DNA of 64,000 nt from NCBI GenBank assembly GCA_043806135.1, contig JAZDHG010000031.1, forward strand, positions 1,110 to 65,109, read 5' to 3'. Of this stretch, positions 49,377 through 58,969 are shown in pieces (the first letter of the stretch is position 1; every line of letters starts with the position of its first letter). Made by a program: the position numbers and the translations under genes. This stretch comes from Candidatus Omnitrophota bacterium (GTDB taxonomy: Bacteria; Omnitrophota; Gorgyraeia; B26-G9). The notes beneath the pieces are model-generated. The model saw only the letters and a program-made list of their open reading frames with translations. It was not told the origin of the DNA and ran no database searches.

Positions 49377-51311
49377 GTGAATATTAACGCTTTTATCCCA
49401 TTCATGTTAGGCTTGTTCACCCTGAGTTCAGGGGCCTATATTTTAATTAAAGTCAAAAGATCGTATCTTAGCCGTCCGTATTTCATCTCTTCACTGGTGA
49501 TATCTTTTTATCTCTTTATGCATTTCGGCCTGGTGCAGTTTGCCGGGAATGACAGGGTATTTTTACCGTGGCTGAAGGTGTGTTTGGGCGCTATAAGTTT
49601 TGTTGCTCCTGCTTTAATAAATCTGCTCTTATCTATGCGCAGGTTAAAAACAGGATTGATCAAAGTGATCTTGTTTATCTCTTGCGTGCTTTCGCTTTTG
49701 GTTTTTTATTTTCTGTTGCATGATTATAAATTGGAGGTAAATACATTTGCCTGGGGCAGTACTCTGAGTGTAAGTAATAGCGCTTATTTTCTCTTCTTTA
49801 TAAATATAGTTTTGTTCCTGCCTTTGGCTGTTACTATCTTTTTGGTGCAAAAGTCATCAATGGATACATCTATACTTGCTAAAAGACAGATCAGTTTTAT
49901 TGTTTTGAGTGTTTGCGTCATCTGCTTTGCATTAGGAATAAACTTTTTAGCAGGCTTCGGACTAAATGTCTATCTTTTCGGCTCCCCATTACTTTGTGCC
50001 GCTTTTATTTTCATGTCTTATTCTATTACGCGTTATAGGTCATTAGAGCTGGACTTGATTGTCAATAAAACAATATTGTCATTAATGTTTATCGGTCCCT
50101 TGCTTGTTTGGCATATTCTGATAAGCGCTTTTTTTCTGGAAATGCTCGGCTATTTGTTCGCAACAACTTTTTCACTGCTCCTGGTGGTTTCCATGGTCCT
50201 TTTTACGCCGTATAAGAAATTAGTAGAAAAATCAGTGGAAAGGCTTATATACCGGGGTAAGTATGACTATCAAAAAGTATTAAGCGAGCTCTGTCAAGGG
50301 CTTAATGCGATACTTGATTTTGATCAGCTGTTTGACCGTATTATTCATATTGTTGTTCAGACTCTTGATGTGGAAGAGATGGCGATTTTTTTAAAAGATG
50401 ATACGGCTAATATATTCTGTTTGAAGGCAAGCTACGGCATTGATCAAGATCTGCACAAAGACTTTACCTTGATTCTGGATGAGGCTATAGTCAAAAGGAT
50501 GAAAAAAGAAGCAAAAATACTGCTCAAAGAGGAACTGCGCCAGTTTGAGGATATTGAAACCGTTGAACAGGAATTCAAAACGATATCAATTTTGAGAGCA
50601 GAGTTGGTCTCGCCCTTGTTTTTTAGAGATCATCTTCTTGGTTTTATTGTTCTCAGCCGAAAAAAAACCGGAAATATTTATAACCAGGGAGATATTGATG
50701 TTCTGAATACATTTGCTCTTGAAGCGGCCAAGGCGATTGAACATGTCAGGCTGTACAGTGAAGCAATCGTCGATAATACTACCAAGGTATTTAATCAGAA
50801 CTATTTTCTTATGCGTTTAAGAGAAGAAATAGCCCGCTCAAAGCGGTATGGACACCCGATATCCTTAATGTTCCTTGATGTGGATACTTCCGGTGAACCG
50901 CAGTTTAAAGTTGATCCCCAGATGCAGGAATTATTGCTTAAGGGATTGGGATTGCTTTTAAAAACTAAGGTGAGGAACGTTGATATCCTGGCCCTTTATA
51001 AAAAACAGCAATTTGCGATTATTCTGCCGGAAACGGCCCAGTCTAAAAAAGGTAATGAGAAAGAAAAATTAAATCAGCATTATAAGGATACAATGCTTGT
51101 GGCGGAGCGTTTATGTAAAAGCGTTGAGGATTTTAAAAATGAATATAAAGGGAAGACGATAAACGTGAATTTTAATATGGGTGCGGCTTGTTTTGACGGT
51201 GCTAATAAGCTGCTTACAGAAGAGACGTTTATAAATTACGCTCAAAAGGCGCTGGCAAGTTCGAGAGAAGAAGGAACTAATAGAATAGTTTGTTTTAGTG
51301 AGGAGAAATGA
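49377..51311 (+). CDS. Membrane protein: N-terminal multi-TM domain + GAF domain + degenerate GGDEF domain (KKQQF in place of GGDEF, RxxD I-site retained)
   Basis: About 8 transmembrane helices span aa 1-270. A GAF-like region follows. The GGDEF fold shows …RYGHPISLMFLDVD… and …RNVDILALYKKQQFAIILPET, with RNVD five residues upstream of the degenerate motif. Confidence 0.65.
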   Translation: MNINAFIPFMLGLFTLSSGAYILIKVKRSYLSRPYFISSLVISFYLFMHFGLVQFAGNDRVFLPWLKVCLGAISFVAPALINLLLSMRRLKTGLIKVILFISCVLSLLVFYFLLHDYKLEVNTFAWGSTLSVSNSAYFLFFINIVLFLPLAVTIFLVQKSSMDTSILAKRQISFIVLSVCVICFALGINFLAGFGLNVYLFGSPLLCAAFIFMSYSITRYRSLELDLIVNKTILSLMFIGPLLVWHILISAFFLEMLGYLFATTFSLLLVVSMVLFTPYKKLVEKSVERLIYRGKYDYQKVLSELCQGLNAILDFDQLFDRIIHIVVQTLDVEEMAIFLKDDTANIFCLKASYGIDQDLHKDFTLILDEAIVKRMKKEAKILLKEELRQFEDIETVEQEFKTISILRAELVSPLFFRDHLLGFIVLSRKKTGNIYNQGDIDVLNTFALEAAKAIEHVRLYSEAIVDNTTKVFNQNYFLMRLREEIARSKRYGHPISLMFLDVDTSGEPQFKVDPQMQELLLKGLGLLLKTKVRNVDILALYKKQQFAIILPETAQSKKGNEKEKLNQHYKDTMLVAERLCKSVEDFKNEYKGKTINVNFNMGAACFDGANKLLTEETFINYAQKALASSREEGTNRIVCFSEEK

Positions 51312-52162
51312 GCAATATTAAAGTTTTAATATTAAGGACTGCGGGAACTAACTGTGACCAGGAAACCAAAGTGGCTTTTGAACTGCTTAAGGCGCGAGTG
51401 AAAATGGTCCATGTAAATGAGCTCATTAAAGGCAGAGATAGGATCTGTAATTATCAAATAGTTGCAATTCCTGGCGGGTTTACTTACGGGGATGATATTG
51501 CCGCCGGAAGGATACTTGCCAATGAGCTGAAAATGAAACTGAAGGAAGAACTGGAACTTTTTCTTAATAAGAACGGAATGATGATAGGTATCTGCAACGG
51601 TTTTCAGGTTCTGGTCAAAACGGGAATATTGCCCGGAAACAGAGACTGGCGGCAAAAAGTTACGCTTACCTCTAATGATTCTGGTAAATTTGAAGACAGG
51701 TGGGTGTATCTTAAAAAACCAGTAACCAGACCCCTCGAAAATTTACCTTTGGTAAATATTCGAGCTGGAGTCCCCGCAAGGGGAAGACCAAAAATAAAAG
51801 ATATATGCGTTTGGACAAAAGGAATGGATGAAATTATTTATCTTCCGGTTGCTCACGGTGAAGGTAAATTTGTCCCGGAATCAAAGGAAATTTTAGAACA
51901 GATAAAAAATGAGGGGCAGGTAGTCTTTGAATATTGCAATAAGAAAGGTAAAATGCCGTTCTACCCGGATAATCCTAATGGGTCTGCTGAACATATCGCA
52001 GGCATTTGCGACAAAACAGGCAGGATATTCGGGCTGATGCCTCACCCGGAGCGCTGTGTTTTTAAAACCCAGCATCCGCGCTGGACAAGAGAAAAGTTCA
52101 GCGGAATTCCTGACGGATTAAAGATATTTAAAAACGCCATGGAGTTTTTAGAAAAAGCATGA
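51308..52162 (+). CDS. purQ: FGAM synthase glutamine amidotransferase subunit (long form)
   Basis: The class-I GATase nucleophile is GICNGFQVL, and an HPE triad element is present. The product is 284 aa. Confidence 0.85.
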   Translation: MSNIKVLILRTAGTNCDQETKVAFELLKARVKMVHVNELIKGRDRICNYQIVAIPGGFTYGDDIAAGRILANELKMKLKEELELFLNKNGMMIGICNGFQVLVKTGILPGNRDWRQKVTLTSNDSGKFEDRWVYLKKPVTRPLENLPLVNIRAGVPARGRPKIKDICVWTKGMDEIIYLPVAHGEGKFVPESKEILEQIKNEGQVVFEYCNKKGKMPFYPDNPNGSAEHIAGICDKTGRIFGLMPHPERCVFKTQHPRWTREKFSGIPDGLKIFKNAMEFLEKA

Positions 52163-52260
52163 AAACAGTAATAAGGGTTAAGCTGTAAGGATTCAGATTT
52201 TTATGGTTTTTTTATATTTTTAGCTTAGCACTTATCACTTATAACTATTATGGAGGAAAG

Positions 52261-53277
52261 ATGCCAAGAGGATTAACTTATAAAAAAGCCGGAGTAGATA
52301 TCGAGGAGGCAAACAAGTTTGTTAAGGATATCCAGAGCCTTGTAAAAAAAACAAAAAGACCGGAAGTACTTAATAATATCGGCGGTTTCGGCGGTTGTTT
52401 TGAACTGAAAAAGGCTCAGTATAAAAACCCTGTGCTTGTTTCCAGTACCGACGGAGTTGGGACAAAGATCAAGGTGGCTATGCTTGCAGGCAGGCATGAC
52501 ACCGTGGGTATTGATCTTGTGGCCATGAATGTTAACGATATTCTAGCCATGGGAGCGCAGCCTTTATTTTTCCTCGACTATATTGCTACGGGAAAGTTAA
52601 ATAGAAAAAAAATGGTGGATATTGTGCGTGGTGTTTCCCGGGGATGTTCTGATGCCGGGTGTGCTCTTATCGGGGGAGAAACCGCGGAAATGCCGGCGAT
52701 TTATAAAAAAAATGAATATGATCTGGCTGGATTTTGCGTAGGCGTTGTAGAGAAGAACAAGATTATTACTGGTTCTGGAATTAGATCCCAAGATGTGCTG
52801 CTGGGGCTGGCTTCAAGCGGACTGCATTCAAACGGGTTTTCTCTGGTGCATAAGGTTTTCACGAACAGTGAGATAAAAAGAAAAGCAAAAGAGCTGCTGG
52901 TCCCGACCAAGATTTATGTCAAGGAAGTACTATCGATCTTAAAGCACTTTGATGTACGCGGTATTGCGCATATTACGGGAGGCGCATTTTATGAAAAACT
53001 AATGAAAATTTTCCCTAAAGGCTCATCTGTTGTTATTAAAAAGGGGAGCTGGCCGGTGCCGGCAATATTTAAAACTATCCAAAAAAAAGCAGAAATAAAA
53101 GAAGCGGAAATGTACCGTACTTTCAATATGGGTATCGGGATGGTGCTTGTAACCAGCCAAGACCAGGCCAAGAAGATTCAGATCCATTTGCGCCGTTTTA
53201 AACTTAAGTCCTGGATTATCGGGCAGGTTTCCATATCTCGAGGCCGCTCAGGTATTAAATTTACAGGAGAAGATTAA
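52261..53277 (+). CDS. purM: Phosphoribosylformylglycinamidine cyclo-ligase (AIR synthetase)
   Basis: The PurM N-terminal motif is GGFGGCFEL…VSSTDGVGTK. Confidence 0.9.
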   Translation: MPRGLTYKKAGVDIEEANKFVKDIQSLVKKTKRPEVLNNIGGFGGCFELKKAQYKNPVLVSSTDGVGTKIKVAMLAGRHDTVGIDLVAMNVNDILAMGAQPLFFLDYIATGKLNRKKMVDIVRGVSRGCSDAGCALIGGETAEMPAIYKKNEYDLAGFCVGVVEKNKIITGSGIRSQDVLLGLASSGLHSNGFSLVHKVFTNSEIKRKAKELLVPTKIYVKEVLSILKHFDVRGIAHITGGAFYEKLMKIFPKGSSVVIKKGSWPVPAIFKTIQKKAEIKEAEMYRTFNMGIGMVLVTSQDQAKKIQIHLRRFKLKSWIIGQVSISRGRSGIKFTGED

Positions 53278-53278
53278 T

Positions 53279-54562
53279 ATGAAAGTTCTGGTCATAGGCT
53301 CAGGAGGACGCGAACATGCACTTGTCTGGAAAATCGCACAGTCTCCTTTGGTAGAGAAAATTTATTGTGCCCCGGGTAATGGAGGCATTGAAGATATTGC
53401 CGAGTGCCTTGATATAGCTGCAGATGATATTAACGCTTTGCTTAATTTTGCCATTCGGGGAAAAATTGACATTACTGTTGTCGGTCCGGAAGCCCCGCTT
53501 GCTGCGGGCATTGTTGACCTGTTTGAAAATAAGGGTTTGAAAATATTCGGTCCAAGTAAACTTGCCAGCCGGTTGGAATCAAGTAAGGTATTTGCAAAGA
53601 ATATAATGAAAAAATATAATATTCCTACCGCGGGTTTTGAAGAATTTACAAATTACGAAGATGCTCTTAGCTTTGTAAAAGATGTCAAGAGACCTTTAGT
53701 GATAAAAGCAGACGGCCTATGTGCCGGTAAGGGAGTTTTTGTCTGTGCAACGATAGAGGAACAGGAGCAGGCCATAAACTCTATATTAAAAGATAAGACT
53801 TTTGGCGATTCCGGCGGCAGGATAATTATTGAAGAATGTCTTGTCGGTCAGGAGGCTTCTATCATTGTTATTAGTGACGGCGATAATGTAATAACCATGG
53901 CCTCTTCTCAAGATCATAAGCGCATATTTGACGAAGATTTGGGGCCTAATACCGGAGGTATGGGGGCTTATTCCCCTGCGCCTGTAGTTACGAAAGAAGT
54001 TTTAAAATTCATAAAGGAAAGAATAATAATGCCGACAATAAAGGGGATGAAATCTGAGGGTACTCCTTTCAGCGGGGTTTTATATGCAGGCGTTATGATA
54101 ACCGAAAATGGACCTAAGGTCCTTGAATTTAATGTGCGTTTCGGTGATCCGGAAACACAGGCAATCCTGCCCAGGCTAAAAAGTGATCTGCTGGAATTGA
54201 TCTTAAAATCCGTTGATAAGAAATTAGGAAGACATACTCTGGATTGGGACACAAAAAACTGTGTTTGCGTTGTTGTCGCCTCAAGGGGCTATCCTGGAAA
54301 ATATGAAAAAGGAAAACTTATCAAAGGCTTAAGTGATGTTAATTTCCCTAAGGAGGGAATTGTGTTTCATGCCGGGACAAAAAAGCAGAATGGTAAAATT
54401 TTAACCAGCGGAGGAAGGGTGCTTGGGGTAACCTCAATGGGAAATGATATAAAATCAGCGATTGATAACACCTATGCGGTACTCGATAAGATAAGCTTTG
54501 AGGGCATGTTTTTCCGCAGGGATATCGGACAAAAAGCACTGAAAAAAGTTTTTTCTAACTAA
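53279..54562 (+). CDS. purD: Phosphoribosylamine-glycine ligase
   Basis: MKVLVIGSGGREHALVWK is the GARS N-terminus. The product has an ATP-grasp fold. Confidence 0.9.
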   Translation: MKVLVIGSGGREHALVWKIAQSPLVEKIYCAPGNGGIEDIAECLDIAADDINALLNFAIRGKIDITVVGPEAPLAAGIVDLFENKGLKIFGPSKLASRLESSKVFAKNIMKKYNIPTAGFEEFTNYEDALSFVKDVKRPLVIKADGLCAGKGVFVCATIEEQEQAINSILKDKTFGDSGGRIIIEECLVGQEASIIVISDGDNVITMASSQDHKRIFDEDLGPNTGGMGAYSPAPVVTKEVLKFIKERIIMPTIKGMKSEGTPFSGVLYAGVMITENGPKVLEFNVRFGDPETQAILPRLKSDLLELILKSVDKKLGRHTLDWDTKNCVCVVVASRGYPGKYEKGKLIKGLSDVNFPKEGIVFHAGTKKQNGKILTSGGRVLGVTSMGNDIKSAIDNTYAVLDKISFEGMFFRRDIGQKALKKVFSN

Positions 54563-54583
54563 TAGTATATCAGTGTAAGCTGG

Positions 54584-54635
54584 TTTTTAATCGGTGAAAT
54601 CAGGTTCTTTTATTCCATTTAAACAAGAAAGAACC
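54584..54635 (+). repeat. 52-nt dispersed hairpin repeat, copy B (immediately upstream of purE RBS)
   Basis: Read directly: tttttaatcggtgaaatcaggttcttttattccatttaaacaagaaagaacc. The upstream flank cagtgtaagctgg at 54571 is also shared with copy A. Confidence 0.6.
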
Positions 54636-54662
54636 TTAAAGTTAAGGAGGATATCAGAAATT

Positions 54663-55151
54663 ATGGTAAAGAATATAAAAGTTGCAATAATGATGGGAAG
54701 TAAATTCGATCTGGATACAGTGCAGGAAACAATAAATGTGTTAAAAGAGCTCAATGTGTCTCATGAAGTAAAGGTTCTTTCTGCGCACCGCACGCCGAAG
54801 GATGTTGTTGTCTATGTAGAAGGGCTTTCGAAAAGGGGAACACAGGTTGTAATCGCTGCAGCCGGCATGGCGGCTGCTTTGGCCGGGACTGTTGCTGCAC
54901 ATACTGTTTTGCCGGTTATCGGTATCCCTATAGAAACAAGCACGCTTAAAGGGCTTGACAGCCTGCTTTCCACCGTTCAAATGCCAAAAGGAATTCCTGT
55001 TGCCTGTATGGCTATCGGAAAGCATGGGGCGCAGAATGCGGCGATCCTTGCCTGTCAGATCCTGGCATTGCAGGATGATAAGCTGCGTAAAAAAATGCTT
55101 AAGTTTAAGGAGAAAATGGCAAAGGCCATAAGAAAAATAAAGATCAGTTAA
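54663..55151 (+). CDS. purE: N5-carboxyaminoimidazole ribonucleotide mutase
   Basis: VAIMMGSKFDL is the PurE N-terminal motif, and AAGMAAALAGTVAAHTVLPVIGIP is also present. An RBS AAGGAGGA precedes the ATG at 54663. The ORF-track start at 54594 would read through the repeat. Confidence 0.9.
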   Translation: MVKNIKVAIMMGSKFDLDTVQETINVLKELNVSHEVKVLSAHRTPKDVVVYVEGLSKRGTQVVIAAAGMAAALAGTVAAHTVLPVIGIPIETSTLKGLDSLLSTVQMPKGIPVACMAIGKHGAQNAAILACQILALQDDKLRKKMLKFKEKMAKAIRKIKIS

Positions 55152-55153
55152 AC

Positions 55154-56209
55154 ATGAAAGATACAAAGATATTCAAGATAAACTCTGAAAATCCCGACAT
55201 AGATAAGATAAAAGAGGCGGCATTAATATTAAAAACAGGCGGGCTGGTGGCTTTTCCGACAGAAACAGTTTATGGATTGGCTGCTTTGCCTTATGATATA
55301 GCTGTGGAAAAACTGCGTTATATAAAAAATAGATATGAAGTGAAGCAATTTTCCTTTTGTATCCACAGCATTGAACAGGCCGAACATCTTGCAGGGTATA
55401 TCTCACCCTTTGCCTATAAGCTTATGAATAAATTCTGGCCGGGACCGCTGACATTGGTATTGGATAACCGGCAGGGAGAAACTGTGGGATTGAGAATCCC
55501 GGATCATCCGGTAGCACTGCTATTTTTAAAAGAAATCGGCGAGCCTGTTTTTGCTCCGTCTGCCAATTTTGCCGGGGAAAAAGCCCCGGTTAATGCTCAG
55601 GAGGTATTAAAGGCTTTAGATAAAAAAATTGATGCTTTGATTGATTCAGGAGAGTCAAAGGTTAAGGTCTCTTCTACGGTATGTAAGGTTACTGATGATA
55701 GTTTTGAGATACTCAGGCCGGGGGCGATAACTAAGGCCATGATCGAGCAGGTTTTAAAAATGAAAGAAGTGCTTTTTGTCTGTACGGGAAACAGCTGCCG
55801 CAGCGCAATGGCTGAGGGACTGATGAAAAAAATAGTTAAAGGCTCTGTAAATATCCATATCAGCTCAGCCGGGGTGGCCGCATATGAGGGAATGCCGGCC
55901 TCACAGGAAGCTATTCTTGTTATGCAAAAATTAGGCGTAGATATATCCGAGCATAAAGCAAGGAGAGTAACTGATGAGATGCTGAAGCAGGCGGATTTTA
56001 TCCTGGTTATGGAGCAGGGGCATACACAGTATATCTTGAAGCAACGAAGCGAATTAAGCAAAAGGGTTTTTCTTTTAAAAGAGTTCTCTGTAGATCAGTC
56101 CGGAGGGCTGTCGATCGGGGATCCGATAGGCATGAGTATTGGTTTTTATGAAAAGGTGGCTGATGAATTGCAGAAATCAATAGAAGGGCTGGTGGCAAAA
56201 ATAAAATGA
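55154..56209 (+). CDS. Fusion: threonylcarbamoyl-AMP synthase TsaC/YrdC domain + low-molecular-weight phosphotyrosine/arginine phosphatase (YwlE-like)
   Basis: The N-terminal YrdC fold shows LKTGGLVAFPTETVYGLAA. The C-terminal LMW-PTP P-loop is VLFVCTGNSCRSAMAEG. Confidence 0.8.
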   Translation: MKDTKIFKINSENPDIDKIKEAALILKTGGLVAFPTETVYGLAALPYDIAVEKLRYIKNRYEVKQFSFCIHSIEQAEHLAGYISPFAYKLMNKFWPGPLTLVLDNRQGETVGLRIPDHPVALLFLKEIGEPVFAPSANFAGEKAPVNAQEVLKALDKKIDALIDSGESKVKVSSTVCKVTDDSFEILRPGAITKAMIEQVLKMKEVLFVCTGNSCRSAMAEGLMKKIVKGSVNIHISSAGVAAYEGMPASQEAILVMQKLGVDISEHKARRVTDEMLKQADFILVMEQGHTQYILKQRSELSKRVFLLKEFSVDQSGGLSIGDPIGMSIGFYEKVADELQKSIEGLVAKIK

Positions 56210-56634
56210 AAATAGCTATGGGAAGTGATCATAGAGGGATTGACCTTAAAAAGTCTTTGATTTTATATCTTCAAAAAAACGGACATCAGGTTGAAGATTT
56301 CGGCGCCTATAGCACGGAATCCTGTGACTATCCTCAAATCGCTTTAAAAGTCGCTCGCGCGGTAGCGAAAAAAAAAGTGGAAAGGGGAATACTTATCTGC
56401 GGCAGCGGGCTGGGTATGACCATGGCCGCCGGCACGGTAAGAGGAGTAAGAGCGGCAAACTGCCTTAACCTTTCACTCGCTCGGTTTTCGCGTGAACATA
56501 ATGATGCGAATGTTTTGGTTATCGGGGCAATGTATGTGGGAGGAAATTTGGCTAAAAGGATAGCAGGCAAATGGTTGAAAACCTCTTTTTTAGGCGGCAG
56601 ACATGAACGCCGAGTAAAAATGTTTTCTAAGTGA
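56206..56634 (+). CDS. rpiB: Ribose-5-phosphate isomerase B
   Basis: MKIAMGSDHRGIDLK…ICGSGLGMTMAAG is the RpiB/LacAB family signature. Confidence 0.85.
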   Translation: MKIAMGSDHRGIDLKKSLILYLQKNGHQVEDFGAYSTESCDYPQIALKVARAVAKKKVERGILICGSGLGMTMAAGTVRGVRAANCLNLSLARFSREHNDANVLVIGAMYVGGNLAKRIAGKWLKTSFLGGRHERRVKMFSK

Positions 56635-56638
56635 GATT

Positions 56639-56876
56639 ACAACTTACGGAACGAAGTGAACGTAAGTTGTAAAATCGAACTTATCCCGAACCTGATGAGT
56701 AAAAATTTAGTATAAATTTTTGCGAAAGTTTTAGAGGTTCGGGGAAAGTGAATATAAAGTTATAATACGGAACGAAGTGAACGTAAGTTGTAAAATCGAA
56801 CTTATCCCGAACCTATGAGTAAAAAATAAAAAAATTTTTACGAAAGTATTAAAAGGGCGGGAATAACGGAGCAGGA
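56639..56876 (+). repeat. Tandem direct repeat, 2 x ~119 nt, upstream of glyA; each unit has internal stem-loops and a CUGAUGAG-stem-CGAAA-like core (intact only in unit 1)
   Basis: Unit 1 spans 56639-56757 and unit 2 spans 56758-56876. They share the ~58-nt core tacggaacgaagtgaacgtaagttgtaaaatcgaacttatcccgaacct(g)atgagtaaaaa…cgaaag. Confidence 0.6.
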
Positions 56877-56963
56877 AATCTTGTAATAAATTTGGATATG
56901 GCCTAAAGGCCTATAATTTATGCCGGGCATAAATTATCTACTCATTGAGGAGGAAAATAATAA

Positions 56964-58202
56964 ATGAGTGAGTTAAAAAAAACTGATATTGCAATATATA
57001 ACGCGATTAAAAAAGAATTAAAAAGACAGAGAGAGCATATAGAATTAATTGCCAGTGAGAATTTTACCTCACGCGCGGTTATGGAAGCGCAGAGTTCTGT
57101 TCTTACCAATAAATATGCCGAAGGATATCCGGGAGCCCGCTGGTACGGAGGCTGTGAACATGTTGACGTTGCCGAACAATTGGCGATCGATAGGGCAAAG
57201 GAGATATTTCAGGCCGAGCACGCAAATGTTCAGCCGCATTCAGGAGCTCAGGCGAATATGGCCGTGTTTATGAGCTGTCTTAAAGCAGGGGATAAAGTGC
57301 TTGCCTTGGATCTTGCCTGCGGAGGACATCTGTCGCATGGCCATCCTAAAAATTTTTCCGGTTTATTTTATGACGTAAAATTTTACCAGGTTAATCGCCG
57401 GACTGAACAGCTTGATTATGATGAAATTTCCTCTTTAGCAAAGAAACACAAACCCCGGCTTATTCTTGCCGGCGCTTCTGCGTATCCGAGATTTATCGAT
57501 TTTAAAAAATTCCGTAAAATTTGCGATAGCGTCGGAGCATATCTGATGGTCGATATGGCGCACATTGCCGGGCTTGTTGCCGCAGGCGTGCATCCCTCTC
57601 CTGTGCCTTATGCTGAGTTTGTAACGACCACAACGCACAAAACACTGCGCGGACCAAGAGGAGGCTTGATACTTTGCCGCAAGGAATTTGCCAAGAGTAT
57701 TGATTTAAATGTTTTTCCGGGTACTCAAGGCGGACCGCTTATGCATGTTATTGCTGCTAAGGCGGTGGCTTTGAAAGAAGCTTTAATGCCTGGTTTCAAA
57801 AAGTACCAGATACAAGTAGCTTCGAACGCAAAAGAACTGGCTGGTGCATTAAAGAAAAGAGGATTCCGTATTGTCGCCGGTGGCACGGATACGCATTTAA
57901 TGCTTGTCGACTTAACAAACAGAGATATCACAGGAAAAGAAGCGCAAATAGCTTTAGGTGAAGTGAATGTTACGATCAATAAAAATCTTATTCCTTTTGA
58001 TAAAAAATCGCCGTTTTTGACCAGCGGTATAAGATTGGGAACTCCGGCTGTGACTACAAGAGGAATGAAGGAAAAACAAATGCATGTTATTGCTGACATT
58101 ATTGATCAAATTCTACAAAAAGATCAGACTATTACAAAGGAAAAACAGCGTGAAATGAAAAGCCACGTGCGGCTTTTAACGCAAAAGTTTCCCTTATATT
58201 GA
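56964..58202 (+). CDS. glyA: Serine hydroxymethyltransferase
   Basis: The PLP-Lys region is [15 protein letters not shown]. The product is 412 aa. Confidence 0.95.
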   Translation: MSELKKTDIAIYNAIKKELKRQREHIELIASENFTSRAVMEAQSSVLTNKYAEGYPGARWYGGCEHVDVAEQLAIDRAKEIFQAEHANVQPHSGAQANMAVFMSCLKAGDKVLALDLACGGHLSHGHPKNFSGLFYDVKFYQVNRRTEQLDYDEISSLAKKHKPRLILAGASAYPRFIDFKKFRKICDSVGAYLMVDMAHIAGLVAAGVHPSPVPYAEFVTTTTHKTLRGPRGGLILCRKEFAKSIDLNVFPGTQGGPLMHVIAAKAVALKEALMPGFKKYQIQVASNAKELAGALKKRGFRIVAGGTDTHLMLVDLTNRDITGKEAQIALGEVNVTINKNLIPFDKKSPFLTSGIRLGTPAVTTRGMKEKQMHVIADIIDQILQKDQTITKEKQREMKSHVRLLTQKFPLY

Positions 58203-58207
58203 AAAAC

Positions 58208-58307
58208 AGTTACTAAGGGTTACTAAAAAGTTAATAAAGGTTATAATGATTAAAGGTTTTTTAGTTTTGGAGTAACTGATAGTAACTGTTTGTAACCAAT
58301 GGTAACA
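58208..58307 (+). promoter_or_regulatory. GTTAC array (4x, 10-bp period) followed by GTAAC array (4x, 10-bp period) upstream of the dCMP deaminase gene
   Basis: The first array reads cagttactaagggttactaaaaagttaataaaggttataa. The second reads agtaactgatagtaactgtttgtaaccaatggtaaca. Confidence 0.5.
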
Positions 58308-58320
58308 GGATTAAAATATT

Positions 58321-58797
58321 ATGAGCGAAAAAATTCTAAATAAAAAAATTAAACGGCCAAGCTGGGATAAATATTTTTTAAGCATAGCTGAATTAGTTGC
58401 GGAACGTTCAACTTGTTTGCGCAGACAGGTAGGGGCGGTAATTGTAAAGGATAAAAGGATTTTGACTACCGGATATAATGGAGCTCCCTCTGGTTTGGAT
58501 CACTGTGATAAAACCGGGTGTCTGCGTGAGAAGATGAATGTCCCTTCAGGACAAAGGCATGAACTTTGCCGGGCACTGCATGCGGAAATGAATGCAATAC
58601 TTCAGGCAGCACAATATGGGATAAGCTTGGGTGGAAGTATAATTTACTGTACTAACCAGCCTTGTATTATCTGCGCAAAAATGATCATAAATGCCGGGAT
58701 AAAGCGGATTGTTGTCCTTTCCAGCTATCCGGATGAATTTGCCAGGCAGTTTTTAAAAGAAGCTGATATAGAGGTAGTTGTAGCCGAAAACAAATGA
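58321..58797 (+). CDS. dCMP / cytidine-deoxycytidylate deaminase family protein
   Basis: The zinc ligands are HAEMNAI and PCIICAKMI, the CDA fold motifs. Confidence 0.85.
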   Translation: MSEKILNKKIKRPSWDKYFLSIAELVAERSTCLRRQVGAVIVKDKRILTTGYNGAPSGLDHCDKTGCLREKMNVPSGQRHELCRALHAEMNAILQAAQYGISLGGSIIYCTNQPCIICAKMIINAGIKRIVVLSSYPDEFARQFLKEADIEVVVAENK

Positions 58798-58969
58798 TAT
58801 ATTAAGCTTTTGGGTGAATCAAAGAGAAAAGCTGTCAATAAATCAGAAATAATCCTATTTTTAACTAAAATTAATCATTGACATTACACTATATATAGTA
58901 TATTATCATTTTACAGATACAACATAGTGTGCATCTATTGAGTTTAAACTAATCAGGGGTAAAACGTAT

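Noticed and set aside
56692-56735. Functional type-I hammerhead ribozyme (CUGAUGAG, 11-bp stem II, CGAAA, with stem I CCCGAAC/GUUCGGG)
   Set aside because: Only 9 nt (GUUUUAGAG) separate GAAA from the stem-I strand, so no stem III fits. The two nucleotides preceding stem I are AG, not U-H, so the A15.1-U16.1 pair and the cleavage-site rule fail. The second unit has CUAUGAG. It is kept only as a hammerhead-like oddity inside the tandem repeat.
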